50,120 bases of DNA, taken from IMG/VR virus record IMGVR_UViG_3300006052_000001; one strand, written 5' to 3'. Every line of letters starts with the position of its first letter. The first letter of the stretch is position 1. The notes under the pieces are model-generated. The model saw only the letters and a list, made by a program, of their open reading frames with translations. It had not been told where the DNA came from and did not search any database. Source of the DNA: a virus (lineage: Duplodnaviria > Heunggongvirae > Uroviricota > Caudoviricetes). Positions 50,099 through 50,120 of this stretch are shown here, in pieces. A program made the translations under genes and the position numbers.

Positions 50099-50120
50099 AG
50101 ATGGCCTAATCTGGCGATCA

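Noticed and set aside
1-50120. Stop-codon reassignment
   Set aside because: TAG, TGA and TAA all end well-defined genes (e.g. dnaB TAG, recA TGA) and conserved proteins are uninterrupted

Overview
Segment of a large tailed dsDNA bacteriophage genome with a contractile tail (myovirus-like). Credible genes are densely packed on the + strand and use the standard genetic code; GC is roughly mid-40s % by eye. The host is probably an actinobacterium (WhiB, actinophage-type holin, GH25 lysin), which is inferred rather than shown. Layout: (1) 1-8.8 kb baseplate and adsorption module (hub, spike fused to a beta-helix, gp25-like, baseplate J, carbohydrate-binding tail proteins). (2) 9-27.7 kb replication and recombination module (DnaB, primase, SNF2 helicase, SSB, family A polymerase, RecA, WhiB, Cas4-like nuclease, two resolvase-like nucleases, vWA, SLOG). 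(3) SpoVS, then 28-34.8 kb of small low-complexity proteins, several sharing an L-[SNQ]-x-x-Q-F motif, interleaved with HNH, GH25 endolysin, ParB-like, HEXXH protein and holin. (4) 36-41 kb TGT-fold protein, secreted transglycosylase-NlpC/P60 and a permuted NlpC/P60. (5) 41.3-50.1 kb promoter-rich, probably early region with a cluster of non-canonical tRNA-like/structured RNAs, strong hairpins, a dispersed repeat family and a SMARCAL1/HARP-like SNF2 ATPase. No integrase, CRISPR array or canonical tRNA was seen. All calls come from motif recognition by eye; no database searches were run.
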